This document shows positions 11,701 to 21,127 of a stretch of DNA of 64,000 bases, piece after piece. The notes under the pieces were generated by a model. That model made no database searches, had not been told where the DNA came from, and saw only the letters and a list, made by a program, of their open reading frames with translations. Each line of letters starts with the position of its first letter. The first letter of the stretch is position 1. The translations under genes and the position numbers were made by a program. Source of the DNA: an uncultured candidatus Porisulfidus sp. GTDB taxonomy: Bacteria; Pseudomonadota; Gammaproteobacteria; Poriferisulfidales; Oxydemutatoraceae. The stretch covers positions 1,834,068 to 1,898,067 of the forward strand of contig OZ244052.1 of the NCBI GenBank assembly GCA_965215125.1, read 5' to 3'.

Positions 11701-13236
11701 GAATTGTTGGCGGAAATTATCAAACAACGAGCGTACTTGAGAGGACAACACCGGCAGTGGGGTATCGTCGCCCATAGAACCAACCGCTTCCTGTCCGACC
11801 TGCGCTAACACTTTGAGTACTTGTTCTCTCTCCTCATACGATAGATTGAACATTTTCTGGTAATTGCGTAATTGTTCGTCATCTAATGGTTCGTAGACAC
11901 CCAGAGCTTCATTAGAAGGGGTGGGTACATAGTGTGCGTGTTTTTTTAACCATTGACGATAAGGGTATCTGGATTTTAACTCTTCGTTAATCATTTCAGG
12001 CAACATCAAGGTGCCTGTTTGAGTGTCAACCGCGATCATCTGTCCGGGCTTTAGTCTGCCTTTGGTTTCTACTTCGTCGGCACTATAATCGTAGACCCCA
12101 ATCTCTGATGCAAGTGTGATAAAACGATCTTTGGTAATAATATAGCGCGCCGGCCGCAAACCATTTCTATCCATAGAACATGCTGCATAACGACCATCGG
12201 TTAAGACGATGCCGGCGGGACCGTCCCAAGGTTCCATGTGGAAGGAATTATAGCCGTAGTAGGCGCGTAGGTCGGGATCTATGTGGCTGACATTCTGCCA
12301 CGCCGGTGGTATCAACAAGCGTATCGCACTACATAGGTCCATACCCCCCATCATAAGGATTTCGAGCATATTATCTAAACTGCACGAATCCGACCCTCTC
12401 ATAGAAACCAACGGCATCAATTCGGTCAGATCAGGCAGCTGAGAGCTCTTTAATATATGTGCCCGTGCAGCAGCCCAATTACGGTTACCGCAAATAGTGT
12501 TGATTTCGCCGTTATGTGCCAGAAAACGGAACGGTTGGGCCAAATACCATTGCGGGTGTGTATTGGTTGAGAAACGCTGATGGAAAACACACAAAGACGA
12601 TTCTAACGACTCTTCGGCAAGGTCGGGATAAAAAACCGGCAGATTATCGGGCATTATTAAGCCTTTATAAGAAAGTGTTCGCGAAGACAAACTCGCAATA
12701 TAGAAAGCGGTGCCGGTTAATGCAATCTCCGCTTTACGGCGCGCAACAAACAAGGCTTGCTCGGTGTTTTTCATCGATTCTTTTATGTTGACAAACACCT
12801 GTGCTATATTCGGTAAAGTTTTAAGTGCTTCTGCACCGCACGCCTTGGGGTTGATAGGCACCGTACGCCAACCGGCAATTTCAAAGCCTTGTTCAATGAG
12901 TTGTAGATTCAATATCTCCTGCCATTGTTTTGCTATTTTTTTATCTTTTGATAGAAATACTACGCCGACAGCGAAATTTTCGGCTAAATTGATATCGGCT
13001 ACATCGGCTTTTGCCCGCATATAGTCCAGCGGCATTTTCATCAAAAGCCCGCAACCATCGCCGGTTTTCCCGTCCGCCGATATAGCACCGCGATGTGTCA
13101 AACGTCCTAGCGACTGTATTGCGGTTTTGACCAACCAGTGACTTGCCTGTCCGTCCATCTGGGTGATTAAACCGAAACCGCAACTGTCTTTTTCAAATTC
13201 GGGACGATAGAGCCCTTTGGTTAATAATTTAGACAC
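8791..13236 (-). CDS. gltB: Glutamate synthase (GOGAT) large subunit
   Basis: 1481 aa. N-terminal Cys of the class II glutamine amidotransferase domain (SCGFGLI), a central FMN/Fe-S domain, and a C-terminal GXGXG beta-helix domain. Confidence 0.95.
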   Translation of the reverse strand: MSKLLTKGLYRPEFEKDSCGFGLITQMDGQASHWLVKTAIQSLGRLTHRGAISADGKTGDGCGLLMKMPLDYMRAKADVADINLAENFAVGVVFLSKDKKIAKQWQEILNLQLIEQGFEIAGWRTVPINPKACGAEALKTLPNIAQVFVNIKESMKNTEQALFVARRKAEIALTGTAFYIASLSSRTLSYKGLIMPDNLPVFYPDLAEESLESSLCVFHQRFSTNTHPQWYLAQPFRFLAHNGEINTICGNRNWAAARAHILKSSQLPDLTELMPLVSMRGSDSCSLDNMLEILMMGGMDLCSAIRLLIPPAWQNVSHIDPDLRAYYGYNSFHMEPWDGPAGIVLTDGRYAACSMDRNGLRPARYIITKDRFITLASEIGVYDYSADEVETKGRLKPGQMIAVDTQTGTLMLPEMINEELKSRYPYRQWLKKHAHYVPTPSNEALGVYEPLDDEQLRNYQKMFNLSYEEREQVLKVLAQVGQEAVGSMGDDTPLPVLSSQVRSLFDNFRQQFAQVTNPPIDPLRERIVMGLETALGCEMNPFDELPEVDRLLLRSPVLSEYKFRTILELEKFPHQIFNLSYSSEHNLHSAIIQLCDQVVEASRKKDFLIIVLSDRQIASDRLNIHALLACGAVHHRLIKEGLRCQCNILIETATARDPHHFATLIGYGASAIFPYLSYQCLAGMYRKQEIDNAKPLVTICSVYRQAINKGLLKIISKMGISTITSYRGAQLFEIVGLHDEVVALCFTGTTSRLQGLRFSDLEDDQKKLAKLARNRSEPLQQGGLLKYIHDGEYHAFNPDVVQSLQKAVQDSDYNEYKVFADHVNHRQPAVFRDLLKLKPKTPVPLDEVEVEEHIVKRFDSAGMSLGALSPEAHETLAEAMNSLGGRSNSGEGGEDPKRFGTDKSSKIKQVASGRFGVTPHYLSDAEVMQIKIAQGAKPGEGGQLPGTKVNKMIAKLRHSSEGIALISPPPHHDIYSIEDLAQLIFDLKQVNPKVLVSVKLVAEAGVGTIAVGVAKAYADLITISGYDGGTGASPLTSIKYAGAPWELGLPETHLALRNNDLRDKVRLQTDGGLKTGLDVVKAAILGAESFGFGTAPMIAMGCKYLRICHLNNCATGVATQNKVLRLKHFIGKMQMVRNYFLFIAKETREWMAYLGVRKFEDLIGQLDLLELVEELPHRQSGLDLNAILSDGGVAADKPQFCTYERNKPFDRGILAERMVADMKDAVKNKTGGEFHYNIRNVDRSIGARVSGEIAKRYGNYDMSDTPLDVYFKGTAGQSFGVWNAGGLHLHLEGDANDYVGKGMAAGEIAIYPPPQIAEQSQKMPIVGNTCLYGATGGKFFAAGKAGERFAVRNSGTIAVVEGVGDHGCEYMTGGFVVVLGKTGLNFGAGMTGGLAMVFDQQTNFSDLYNHEMIDIYRIDIEEMDQQRDYLYILLTEHHRKTGSLFAQSMLDDFSTYLPKFWLVKPKAAELDMLMASLLKAA

Positions 13237-13387
13237 CTTTTACACTCAAGATTAATTAATAAGATGTAATTATACTATGCTCTCCTTAAATTTTAGTAAT
13301 AGCATCAGTAGAACCGCCTAGCTTGGTGGAGCTGTGTTATACTTATGAGAAAATATCATGAATTACTAACACAAGGAGTAAATATTA

Positions 13388-13618
13388 ATGTCTGAGATAG
13401 CATTATATAACACATTGAGAAAGATACCCGATGTGTCCGATGATGAAGCAAAGGAAGCAATAGCCGATATTGCGAGTTTGAAGGAAGTAGCGACTAAGGC
13501 AGACATAAAAGATATGGCGACTAAAGCCGATGTAGAAAGGATGGGGCGGATAATGATTATGTGGATGGTCGGTGTAGGTGTGGCGGTTGCCGGAATAGTA
13601 ATTGCGGTAGTAGGGTAG
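13388..13618 (+). CDS. Small coiled-coil protein with a C-terminal TM helix (DUF1640-like)
   Basis: Strong Shine-Dalgarno (AAGGAGT) 8 nt upstream of the ATG. Repeated ATKAD(I/V) motifs followed by the hydrophobic tail IMIMWMVGVGVAVAGIVIAVVG. Confidence 0.6.
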   Translation: MSEIALYNTLRKIPDVSDDEAKEAIADIASLKEVATKADIKDMATKADVERMGRIMIMWMVGVGVAVAGIVIAVVG

Positions 13619-13936
13619 CTGATATTGTGCAGACACGCAGGGGCTGTTGAAAAAGTATTTCATACACCGTAGGGGCGGACTTCAAAATTGCCGATTGACC
13701 TACCGGCTCAATCGGCGGCTCTATTCTGCCCGTAACGCGTTGCGCCTGCACGATTTATAAATTCATTCATCCAATTTATGGAAACCAAAACCAAATGGCG
13801 CGAGCGGTTGCAGTTATTCCAAACGGTACTTTAGGGCAGACATATCAGTCTGCCCCTACAGGTGGTTTGGGTAATTATGTGACGCAAAGCGGTTGGATTT
13901 GTGCGATGTCTGCACTTTTTCAACAACCCCACGCAG

Positions 13937-14033
13937 CAACCACCCCATGGAAAGGCTTTACATTTTGTACTATGTACTAAGATTTTGCACAATGTGACGC
14001 CGATTGCCCAACTGGAGCAAACGGCGGTTCTAT
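13937..14033. repeat. Composite intergenic repeat P-Q(variant), abutting the trkH stop codon
   Basis: caaccaccccatggaaaggctttacattttg … gattttgcacaatgtgacgccgattgcccaactggagcaaacggcggttcta. Confidence 0.7.
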
Positions 14034-15484
14034 TTGCGCCAAAATATCGGTGTGAATAATACCAATAATGCAAAAATTTCAAGCCGTCCTAAAATCATGG
14101 CAAAGCACAGGATCCATTTGTTGGCATCGCCGAGTGTGGCGTAGTGTTCACCGACGATACCGAGCCCGGGGCCCAGATTATTAATTGTTGCCATCGTTGC
14201 GGAAAATGCGGTTTCTTGATCCAGTCCGGTTGCCATCAGCAATAACAAAATGACGATAATACTTCCTATATACGCAGAAAAGAAACCCCATACCGATTGT
14301 ATTACCCGGTCGCTCAATGCCATATCGTCTATTTTTAGCAACACACATGCGCTGGGATGGACTAGTTGTTTCATCTCTCTAATACCTTGGCGCAACAGGA
14401 GCCAAAAGCGAATTACTTTCATGCCGCCGCCGGTAGAACCGCTACACCCCCCTATGGAACTTGCGAATAGTAGTAGTAGGGGCACGAATCCCATCCACAT
14501 ATAGTGCGGTGCTACGGTGTATCCGGTGGTTGTTGCAAAAGAGACGGCACTGAAAGCACCTATCAAAACAGATTCTTTTAGTGTACTCGCATGTGCGGTG
14601 TACAAAAACGATACCGCGAGTATCGCAACGATTAAAATGACGGATAGAAACACCTTAAACTCGGTGTCTCGCCAATAGCCGGTTAAAGCGCGGCGATGCC
14701 AAGCCAAGAAATGCAAACTAAAGTTAATGCCGGCAATCAACATAAAGGTCATCGCGATAATCAATATTGCCGGGTTGTCCGAGAAATATGCGAAGTTTTC
14801 ATTGTGTGTCGAGAAACCGCCGATTGAGACGGTAGAAAAGCTATGGCACAAGGCATCGAATTTTGACATGCCCGCTGCCCAATAGGCGACTGCGCACAGT
14901 GCGGTTAGAGATAAATAGATATAGCCCAACATTCTGGAAATCTCGCTGACCCTAGGCAATGGTTTTGTTTTACGCACCGAGGATAGCATTTCGGTACGGT
15001 ACAACTGCATGCTACCGACACCGAGCATCGGGGCAATAATAATTGCAATGACGATGATGCCGATTCCGCCTATCCATTGTAGGAATTGGCGGTAGAACAA
15101 AATAGCGTGAGGGACGGTATCTAAGGCGGGAAGTACACTTGCACCGGTGGTAGTTAAACCGGAGATCGATTCAAACACCGCATCGTGCAACGTTATTTGT
15201 GGATTGTCGCCGAGATAAAGCGGTAATGCTGCCGCCATTCCCAGTACTACCCACGCCAGCACGACCATTAAAAATGCCTCTTTTAGGTGTGTTTCGCCAC
15301 GGCTATTGCGGTTCGGAAACCATAATAGCAAGCCTGAAGAGAGAACAACGGTAAAGGATAAGATAAAGGGACGGCTACTCTGCTCTCCGTACCAAGCGTC
15401 TATGGGCAACGGCACCAGCATAACGATGCTGAACAACATCAGCAAAAGGCCTAATGCGCGTTGTATAGACGGAAGGTGTATCAT
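14030..15484 (-). CDS. trkH: Trk potassium uptake protein, TrkH family
   Basis: 484 aa polytopic membrane protein with TrkH-family repeats (GFSTH…, GSTGGGMKV) and a GYTV-type selectivity-filter-like motif. Confidence 0.9.
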   Translation of the reverse strand: MIHLPSIQRALGLLLMLFSIVMLVPLPIDAWYGEQSSRPFILSFTVVLSSGLLLWFPNRNSRGETHLKEAFLMVVLAWVVLGMAAALPLYLGDNPQITLHDAVFESISGLTTTGASVLPALDTVPHAILFYRQFLQWIGGIGIIVIAIIIAPMLGVGSMQLYRTEMLSSVRKTKPLPRVSEISRMLGYIYLSLTALCAVAYWAAGMSKFDALCHSFSTVSIGGFSTHNENFAYFSDNPAILIIAMTFMLIAGINFSLHFLAWHRRALTGYWRDTEFKVFLSVILIVAILAVSFLYTAHASTLKESVLIGAFSAVSFATTTGYTVAPHYMWMGFVPLLLLFASSIGGCSGSTGGGMKVIRFWLLLRQGIREMKQLVHPSACVLLKIDDMALSDRVIQSVWGFFSAYIGSIIVILLLLMATGLDQETAFSATMATINNLGPGLGIVGEHYATLGDANKWILCFAMILGRLEIFALLVLFTPIFWRK

Positions 15485-16866
15485 CAGTAAATGGCTGTGA
15501 CCATAAAAAGTTTTTCCACACTAGGGATGTGCTTTTTACTTTTGACGAATACGATTACATGATCCTCGGGTTCAATAATCACATCATGAGTCGCCGGCAA
15601 TATATGCTCGTTTCTTAGAATCATGCTGACCATAACGCCGGGCGGCAAACGGACTTGACTTAAGGGTCGTCCCACAACTTTGGATGAACGAGCATCACCG
15701 TGTACTACGAGTTCTATCACTTCTGCATCACTGTGCTTTAGGGTATGCGTAGCAACCGTATCTCCTTTTCTAACATGGCAAAGCAACGAACCGAAAGAGG
15801 CTTGTTGGGGCGATAAGGTTATATCTATATTGACATGATTCAAATGCACCAATTCTAAATAGCTTTGGCGATTTATCAATGCCAACACATGGCTGGCACC
15901 CAGGTGTTTGCAAAGCAGAGCCGATAAGATATTGTCTTCTTCCCTATTGGTTACCGCACACATCATATCGGTACGTTTAATATTCTCGTCTATTAGGATA
16001 TTTTCGTTGGTTGCATCGCCGTGCAGTACTACCACTTTATTGCCCAGACGCTCGGCAAGCATCTTCGCTCGTGCGATATCGGGTTCGAGTAGTTTGATTT
16101 TGTAGTCGTTTTGCAAAAGCTCGGCAAGGCTCATACCGATTTGTCCGCCGCCGGCAATCATAATTGTTTTAAGGGGGCGATAATCGCAGCCTAGTGCTTT
16201 CATGATTTGCGAGACTTGTGTTTTAGGGGCTACGAAAAAGACTTCATCGTCGGTTTGTATCACGGTTTGTTCGTCTACAAAATGAATTTCTTCGTCTCGG
16301 AAGATAGCCGAAAGATGCATCGGAATTTCGGATGACGATTGTATGATTTGCGATACCGAGCGACCGATCCACGAACCGTCTTGTCGTGCCTTGCCGCAAA
16401 CCATCAACAAGTGTCCACTACCCAATTCGGCAATTTGTATGGCACCCGGGTTTTCTATGAGCAGTTTGATGTTATGTGCAACCGAAAGTTCCGGGCTGAC
16501 GAGTACATCTATGGGAACAACGTCTTTACCGAATAGTCTACTTTTCTCTTCTAGATATCCTCGTGTGGTAACTTTTGCGATTTTAGTGGGAATATCAAAA
16601 ATAGTATGCGCAATTCTACAGGCGATGATGTTCTCTTCGTCGCGATCGTTTAATGCAATCAACATATCCGCATCTTCGGCATCGGCTTGTGCCAAGACTT
16701 CCGGGTGCGATCCTTGTCCGACGATTGTTCTCAGATCGAATATGCTTTGTATGTCTTGGAATAGTCGGAAATCTTTATCAACCAAGGTGACATCGTTGTT
16801 CTCCTCCGCCAAATTGAGTGCCAGCGCAATACCCAAGTGATTAGCACCTAGAACGATAACTTTCAT
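15484..16866 (-). CDS. trkA: Trk system potassium uptake protein TrkA (tandem RCK/NAD-binding)
   Basis: MKVIVLGANHLGIALALNL… and a second Rossmann fold IMIAGGGQIGMSLAELL. 460 aa, same length class as E. coli TrkA. Start overlaps the trkH stop. Confidence 0.92.
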   Translation of the reverse strand: MKVIVLGANHLGIALALNLAEENNDVTLVDKDFRLFQDIQSIFDLRTIVGQGSHPEVLAQADAEDADMLIALNDRDEENIIACRIAHTIFDIPTKIAKVTTRGYLEEKSRLFGKDVVPIDVLVSPELSVAHNIKLLIENPGAIQIAELGSGHLLMVCGKARQDGSWIGRSVSQIIQSSSEIPMHLSAIFRDEEIHFVDEQTVIQTDDEVFFVAPKTQVSQIMKALGCDYRPLKTIMIAGGGQIGMSLAELLQNDYKIKLLEPDIARAKMLAERLGNKVVVLHGDATNENILIDENIKRTDMMCAVTNREEDNILSALLCKHLGASHVLALINRQSYLELVHLNHVNIDITLSPQQASFGSLLCHVRKGDTVATHTLKHSDAEVIELVVHGDARSSKVVGRPLSQVRLPPGVMVSMILRNEHILPATHDVIIEPEDHVIVFVKSKKHIPSVEKLFMVTAIY

Positions 16867-18134
16867 TATGCTTTTTTCCTCACGGTCGGGCTTATGCCCA
16901 AAGATTTTAATTTACGATACAAATGCGTTCGTTCCATGCCGGCGCGTGTCGCCAATTTTGATATATTTCCGTCTACTATACGCAATAACTGCTCAAAGTA
17001 AATACGCTCAAACGCTTCTCGCGCTTCTCGCAACGGTTTCTGCAACAGTAAATCCATGTGCGTATCGCTACTGCGTATTTTTTTTAGTGCGAGACGTGTC
17101 TCGCTGGTTGAGATCGCCTCGTCTTTATTTTGTTGTAATAGATAAATTACTAAGTCGTCAAGTTCCTTCATATTGCTCGGCCAGGTGTGCTGACGCAGAT
17201 AATTTTGTGCGGCAATAGAGAAACTTCTGTGGTTGAGCATTTTATCTGCACAATTGTAGTCTATACACGCATTGAGTATTTCCGGGATATCTTCTACATG
17301 CCCTCTAATCGGCGGGAGATATAAAACTTCTTGATTAAATAGCTTGACCAGCGGTTTGATTAAAGTGCCGTCGTGCCCTAGTTCGTCGGGTTTTCTATCG
17401 CCGGTTGCGATAATACGTCCGACCGTATTTTGGGACAGTATTTCGGCTAAGGCTTTTTGCACTTGCGTGCTCATCGCTACAATGTCTCGGATGAGCAGGG
17501 TACTATTTGCGTCGCGTGTAATATCGCCGAGCGAATCGGCATGGATATCGGAAAGCATACAAGGCGGTGCCAATATCGTGATAGCATGGTTTGCCCGTTC
17601 CCCTAGAGAGTGTATATATTTGGCAAAACTCACTTTGCCGGTTCCTACCTCTCCGTAAATGAACAGAGGCATATCCGATTGGGCTAGGCTTTGGGCTTGT
17701 TTGCGTAGCCGCAAAGCGGTTGCACTCGAACCTGCGAAAGTGCGTACGGTTGATATACGATTATCGGTATCGGGCAATGCGTGCTTGACGGCTTTTAATA
17801 ATTTAGCCATCGTCAAAGGTTTCTCTAGAAAGGCTGTAGCTCCCAGGCGGGTAGACTCTACTGCGGTTTCTATCGTGCCGTGTCCCGACATCATAACGAT
17901 AGGAAATTTATTTTCATAATGGCGCCTACATTCTTTTAATAAACTAATCCCGTCTTCTTTAGGCATCCAAATGTCCAGCAAAACGAGATCTGGCAGTTCA
18001 AGTTTCAGTCGCTTGCGTGCTTCGTCCGCATCTTTTGCGGTACTCACTCGGTAGCCTTCGTCTTCCAATATCTCCTTGACTAGCATGCGGATATCGGGTT
18101 CGTCGTCTATGACTAAAATATGATTTTCTCTCAT
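16866..18134 (-). CDS. ntrX: NtrC-family response regulator with a degenerate sigma-54 activator domain and a Fis-type HTH (NtrX-like)
   Basis: Receiver domain (VIDDEPDIR…LLDIWMPKEDGISLL). AAA+ domain has Walker A GEVGTGK but no GAFTGA loop. C-terminal Fis HTH (LATRAGMERTHLYRKLKSLGI). Sits downstream of the ntrY-like kinase. Confidence 0.8.
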   Translation of the reverse strand: MRENHILVIDDEPDIRMLVKEILEDEGYRVSTAKDADEARKRLKLELPDLVLLDIWMPKEDGISLLKECRRHYENKFPIVMMSGHGTIETAVESTRLGATAFLEKPLTMAKLLKAVKHALPDTDNRISTVRTFAGSSATALRLRKQAQSLAQSDMPLFIYGEVGTGKVSFAKYIHSLGERANHAITILAPPCMLSDIHADSLGDITRDANSTLLIRDIVAMSTQVQKALAEILSQNTVGRIIATGDRKPDELGHDGTLIKPLVKLFNQEVLYLPPIRGHVEDIPEILNACIDYNCADKMLNHRSFSIAAQNYLRQHTWPSNMKELDDLVIYLLQQNKDEAISTSETRLALKKIRSSDTHMDLLLQKPLREAREAFERIYFEQLLRIVDGNISKLATRAGMERTHLYRKLKSLGISPTVRKKA

Positions 18135-20308
18135 TCTCTCCTCGTCGGTGTATCATTCAAAGATAGGGTCGTACGCAAAGTTATAAGGATAATACTACCT
18201 TTATTATTGTTTGTGTTAGTAATATAAATTTCACCTCGATGCTCTTCCACGATTTTTTTGACGATAGCAAGCCCCAAACCCTGTCCTTTTTCCTTTGTGG
18301 TTACATAAGGTTCAAAAGCATTTGCAATAACGTCGCGACTAAAACCGGGACCGTTATCCTGCAAAGTGATTTGTATCGTATCGGGTTTGGGCATCGTCGT
18401 TGAAATGCGGACTTGCGGGTCGGGTGTTTGTTCTAAGGCCTCCAGTGCATTCGTTAACAGGTTATGTAGAAGTTGCCGTAATCGGGTTTCGTCGCCGTTG
18501 ATCGTTGCCGAGGGTTCGAACGGTTGCCATTTGATATTTATTTTGCCGGAATAACCGTAGAAATCGACGAGCTCGCTGATCAGTGCATGAAGATCAATCT
18601 CTTTTAGTTCCAAGGGCGCGTCGCCTTGGGAGAATTGTCTGAATTCATTGACGATTTTACCCATCGCATCCACTTGATGAATGATGGTGTCCGCCGAGCG
18701 CTTGAGAAAAGCCGAGTCCGATTCGTCAAGCCGAGTGTTCAGTTTGTTTTTTAGACGCTCGGCGGATAGTCGTATCGGTGTTAAGGGGTTCTTAAACTCG
18801 TGTGCCATACGGCGCGCCACATCTTTCCATGCCCGATCTCGTTGCGCTTGCACTAAATCGCTGATGTCGTTGACGACCACCACATAGCCGCCGTCGGGCA
18901 GTTGTGCACCCCTACAAAATAGGGTTTTATTCTTTTCTGCGACACATAGATCAATTTCCCAATGTTGTTGCTGTTCGGTTTCGGCTAAATTCTCTTTTAG
19001 GGTCATATAGAATTTCTCCAGCCATTCGGCAGCGGTTGTATGTTGCAGTGATTGGTTTATCAAAGTGTCCAAAGAGACCGACAATATCTCGGATGCTGCA
19101 ACATTAGCGGTCTTCAATTTCAAATCTTTGTCCAAGCTCAAAACACCGGAGGAAAGATGCTTTAGTATAGTTTCCAAATAAGCGCGTTGTTTTTCTAGCT
19201 GCATCCTGTTCGTGTCGGCAATCTCTTTCGCTTCACTTAATTTACGCGCCATGCTGTTAAACGACATTGCCAATTCACCGAGTTCGTCTTTTACGGGAAC
19301 TTTAATACGCGTGTTGAGTTTACCCGCCGAGATATCTCTGGTGCCTTTGGCAAGTTGCAAGATAGGTGCAATAAGCCGGTGCGTATAGAAAAATGCCACC
19401 CATATCGCAAAAAGTATTGAGAATAACAAGACTAAAATTAAAGTGAGTCTAAAACTTTGTTTGAGTGCGTCGCGTAAAAAAATCAGGTTATTGTATTCGT
19501 CGTAAGCCTCTTCAACATTCCTGGTTAATCGGTTGATGCGCTCGGGCATAGGATAGAGTACCTGCAATAACCGCTTGGATCCGAGTATCTCTTCGGGTTC
19601 TACGGGTAATATCAAGCGCGCATAAAAGTTATTCCTTATTAGATCTAAACTAACATGGGGATCGCCTTGCAATACTCTGTGTACTACGGCTTCGGGCAAT
19701 AAAACCGGTAGTATGTTTTCCATGTCCCCACCGTAAGAAGCTATGATCTCACGGTTGGTGTTCAGTAGAGTAATTTCGCTCAGACCGCGTTCATCGGATA
19801 GAGAGCGCAAAACAAAAGACGATAATTCGGCAGGCGTGTCGGATATTTCTTCCGCCATCGCCGCTACATCTTGTTTCATTCTTTGCAACTGCATGTTCAG
19901 CGACCAATTTCCCAGTTCCAAAGAGTTATTCAATGCGTTCTCTACATCCACATTAAACCAGCTGTCTATGCCGTCTTCCAGCATTTGGTCGGAAAACATA
20001 TAAACGATGATTGCCGGTGCCAATATGGATAAAGCCAGTATAAAACTTAAACGCAAGCGAAGTTTTGCTCCGAGTTTATGGTTATATAAATCTCGGATCA
20101 ATTTTACTAGATTAACTATAACCAAACTGCCGAGTACAATCAGCATCAGTATATTAAAGGCTAGGAACCAGCCGTGATATTGATCGAAGAGTCTAGAATT
20201 TTGAGCCAAACCGCCAAGAGAGAACAAAGAAATTAGCAGTAGTAAAAAGAGGCCTAGGATAGGCAAAAGCGGTTTTGAAAATTTATTTAGAGCGACCATT
20301 GATGCCAA
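18131..20308 (-). CDS. ntrY: Sensor histidine kinase, NtrY-like (TM-HAMP-PAS-HisKA-HATPase)
   Basis: N-terminal TM helices; HisKA H-box (MAHEFKNPLTPIRLSAERL); C-terminal HATPase (…LQDNGPGF…GQGLGLAIVKKIVEEHRGEI). Confidence 0.85.
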   Translation of the reverse strand: MASMVALNKFSKPLLPILGLFLLLLISLFSLGGLAQNSRLFDQYHGWFLAFNILMLIVLGSLVIVNLVKLIRDLYNHKLGAKLRLRLSFILALSILAPAIIVYMFSDQMLEDGIDSWFNVDVENALNNSLELGNWSLNMQLQRMKQDVAAMAEEISDTPAELSSFVLRSLSDERGLSEITLLNTNREIIASYGGDMENILPVLLPEAVVHRVLQGDPHVSLDLIRNNFYARLILPVEPEEILGSKRLLQVLYPMPERINRLTRNVEEAYDEYNNLIFLRDALKQSFRLTLILVLLFSILFAIWVAFFYTHRLIAPILQLAKGTRDISAGKLNTRIKVPVKDELGELAMSFNSMARKLSEAKEIADTNRMQLEKQRAYLETILKHLSSGVLSLDKDLKLKTANVAASEILSVSLDTLINQSLQHTTAAEWLEKFYMTLKENLAETEQQQHWEIDLCVAEKNKTLFCRGAQLPDGGYVVVVNDISDLVQAQRDRAWKDVARRMAHEFKNPLTPIRLSAERLKNKLNTRLDESDSAFLKRSADTIIHQVDAMGKIVNEFRQFSQGDAPLELKEIDLHALISELVDFYGYSGKINIKWQPFEPSATINGDETRLRQLLHNLLTNALEALEQTPDPQVRISTTMPKPDTIQITLQDNGPGFSRDVIANAFEPYVTTKEKGQGLGLAIVKKIVEEHRGEIYITNTNNNKGSIILITLRTTLSLNDTPTRRE

Positions 20309-20865
20309 TCCGAAGACAAAGGCTCGGGGTACGATAGATAACTTTTAAGCCGTAGCAATAGCGGCAGGTCTGCTCTGGATAGTTTGACGCGAACCCGCAT
20401 ATGCGTTGCCTGAGCTAAAGCCGGCGACGACTTTTCGGTGACAGCTATGCCGTCATAACGTCCTAAGAATACCAAAGCACTTCCTAGAGAGTTAAAATTT
20501 GCCTGTTGATTTAAGTTTAGATCTTCGACTACATAGTGCCGAGTTAAAGCGTGAAAATGCAGCTGTTTATGCCATGCCGCACTTAATAATTTTTTATTCG
20601 GCAATAATGTCCTTTTTTCAAAGATTTCAACATCGGCAATAAAATTTAACTGGATACCGGTGTTAACCGCGGTAATCAGAAAATCGGGTAAATCAAAACT
20701 CGCCTGCATACTTAGGTATATTAGGTCGTCCTTGATGTTCGGCGACAAGTAGCTAATCGTAATAGGTGTTGTCGGATCTTTAGGCGAGACCTGTGCTTCA
20801 ATAATGCCGGAGAGCGGCACAACCGACAAAGCGAAAAACCCTACATATAAGAAATGCCTGTTCAT
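20287..20865 (-). CDS. DUF4390-family periplasmic protein associated with the ntrYX operon; likely start is MNRHFLYVGFF… at 20865
   Basis: Signal-peptide-like N-terminus (FFALSVVPLSGIIEA). The longer ORF-track N-terminus (to 20943) is encoded by repeat module Q and is probably not translated. 3' end overlaps the ntrY start. Confidence 0.6.
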   Translation of the reverse strand: MNRHFLYVGFFALSVVPLSGIIEAQVSPKDPTTPITISYLSPNIKDDLIYLSMQASFDLPDFLITAVNTGIQLNFIADVEIFEKRTLLPNKKLLSAAWHKQLHFHALTRHYVVEDLNLNQQANFNSLGSALVFLGRYDGIAVTEKSSPALAQATHMRVRVKLSRADLPLLLRLKSYLSYPEPLSSDWHQWSL

Positions 20866-20885
20866 GACTGATAAGTATAACAAAT

Positions 20886-21127
20886 GGAACCGCCGTTTGT
20901 TGCAGTAGCACAAACGGCGTGACATTGTGCTGAACCTGAGCATTGGAATGTAGGTCGGACAAACTAGGGTTTGTCCTCATAAATGCAAAGCGTTAGAGTG
21001 GGAAAATTAGTCGCTTTACATAACCCAATGATTATTTAATTTACAGTCTTTGCACATGAACACCGACCGCCGTTTGTTGCAGTAGCACAAACGGCGTGAC
21101 ATTGTGCAGAACCTGAGCATTGGAATG
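20886..21127. repeat. Two direct copies (~60 bp: 20888-20950 and 21066-21127) of module Q(rev) + gaacctgagcattggaatg, flanking ~115 bp that contains a perfect 8-bp-stem hairpin (ggacaaactagggtttgtcc)
   Basis: ccgccgtttgttgcagtagcacaaacggcgtgacattgtgc(t/a)gaacctgagcattggaatg is present twice; it is the same Q hairpin family found elsewhere in the window. Confidence 0.8.

Noticed and set aside
9011-13183. Numerous 60-105-aa ORFs antisense to or overlapping gltB (for example 9095-9394, 9373-9675, 12710-13024)
   Set aside because: They lie within a strongly supported 1481-aa GOGAT gene, have no RBS, and are Arg/Cys-rich in composition typical of out-of-frame translation
16343-17218. 165-aa and 116-aa ORFs antisense to trkA and ntrX
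   Set aside because: Embedded in well-supported genes, with no independent signals
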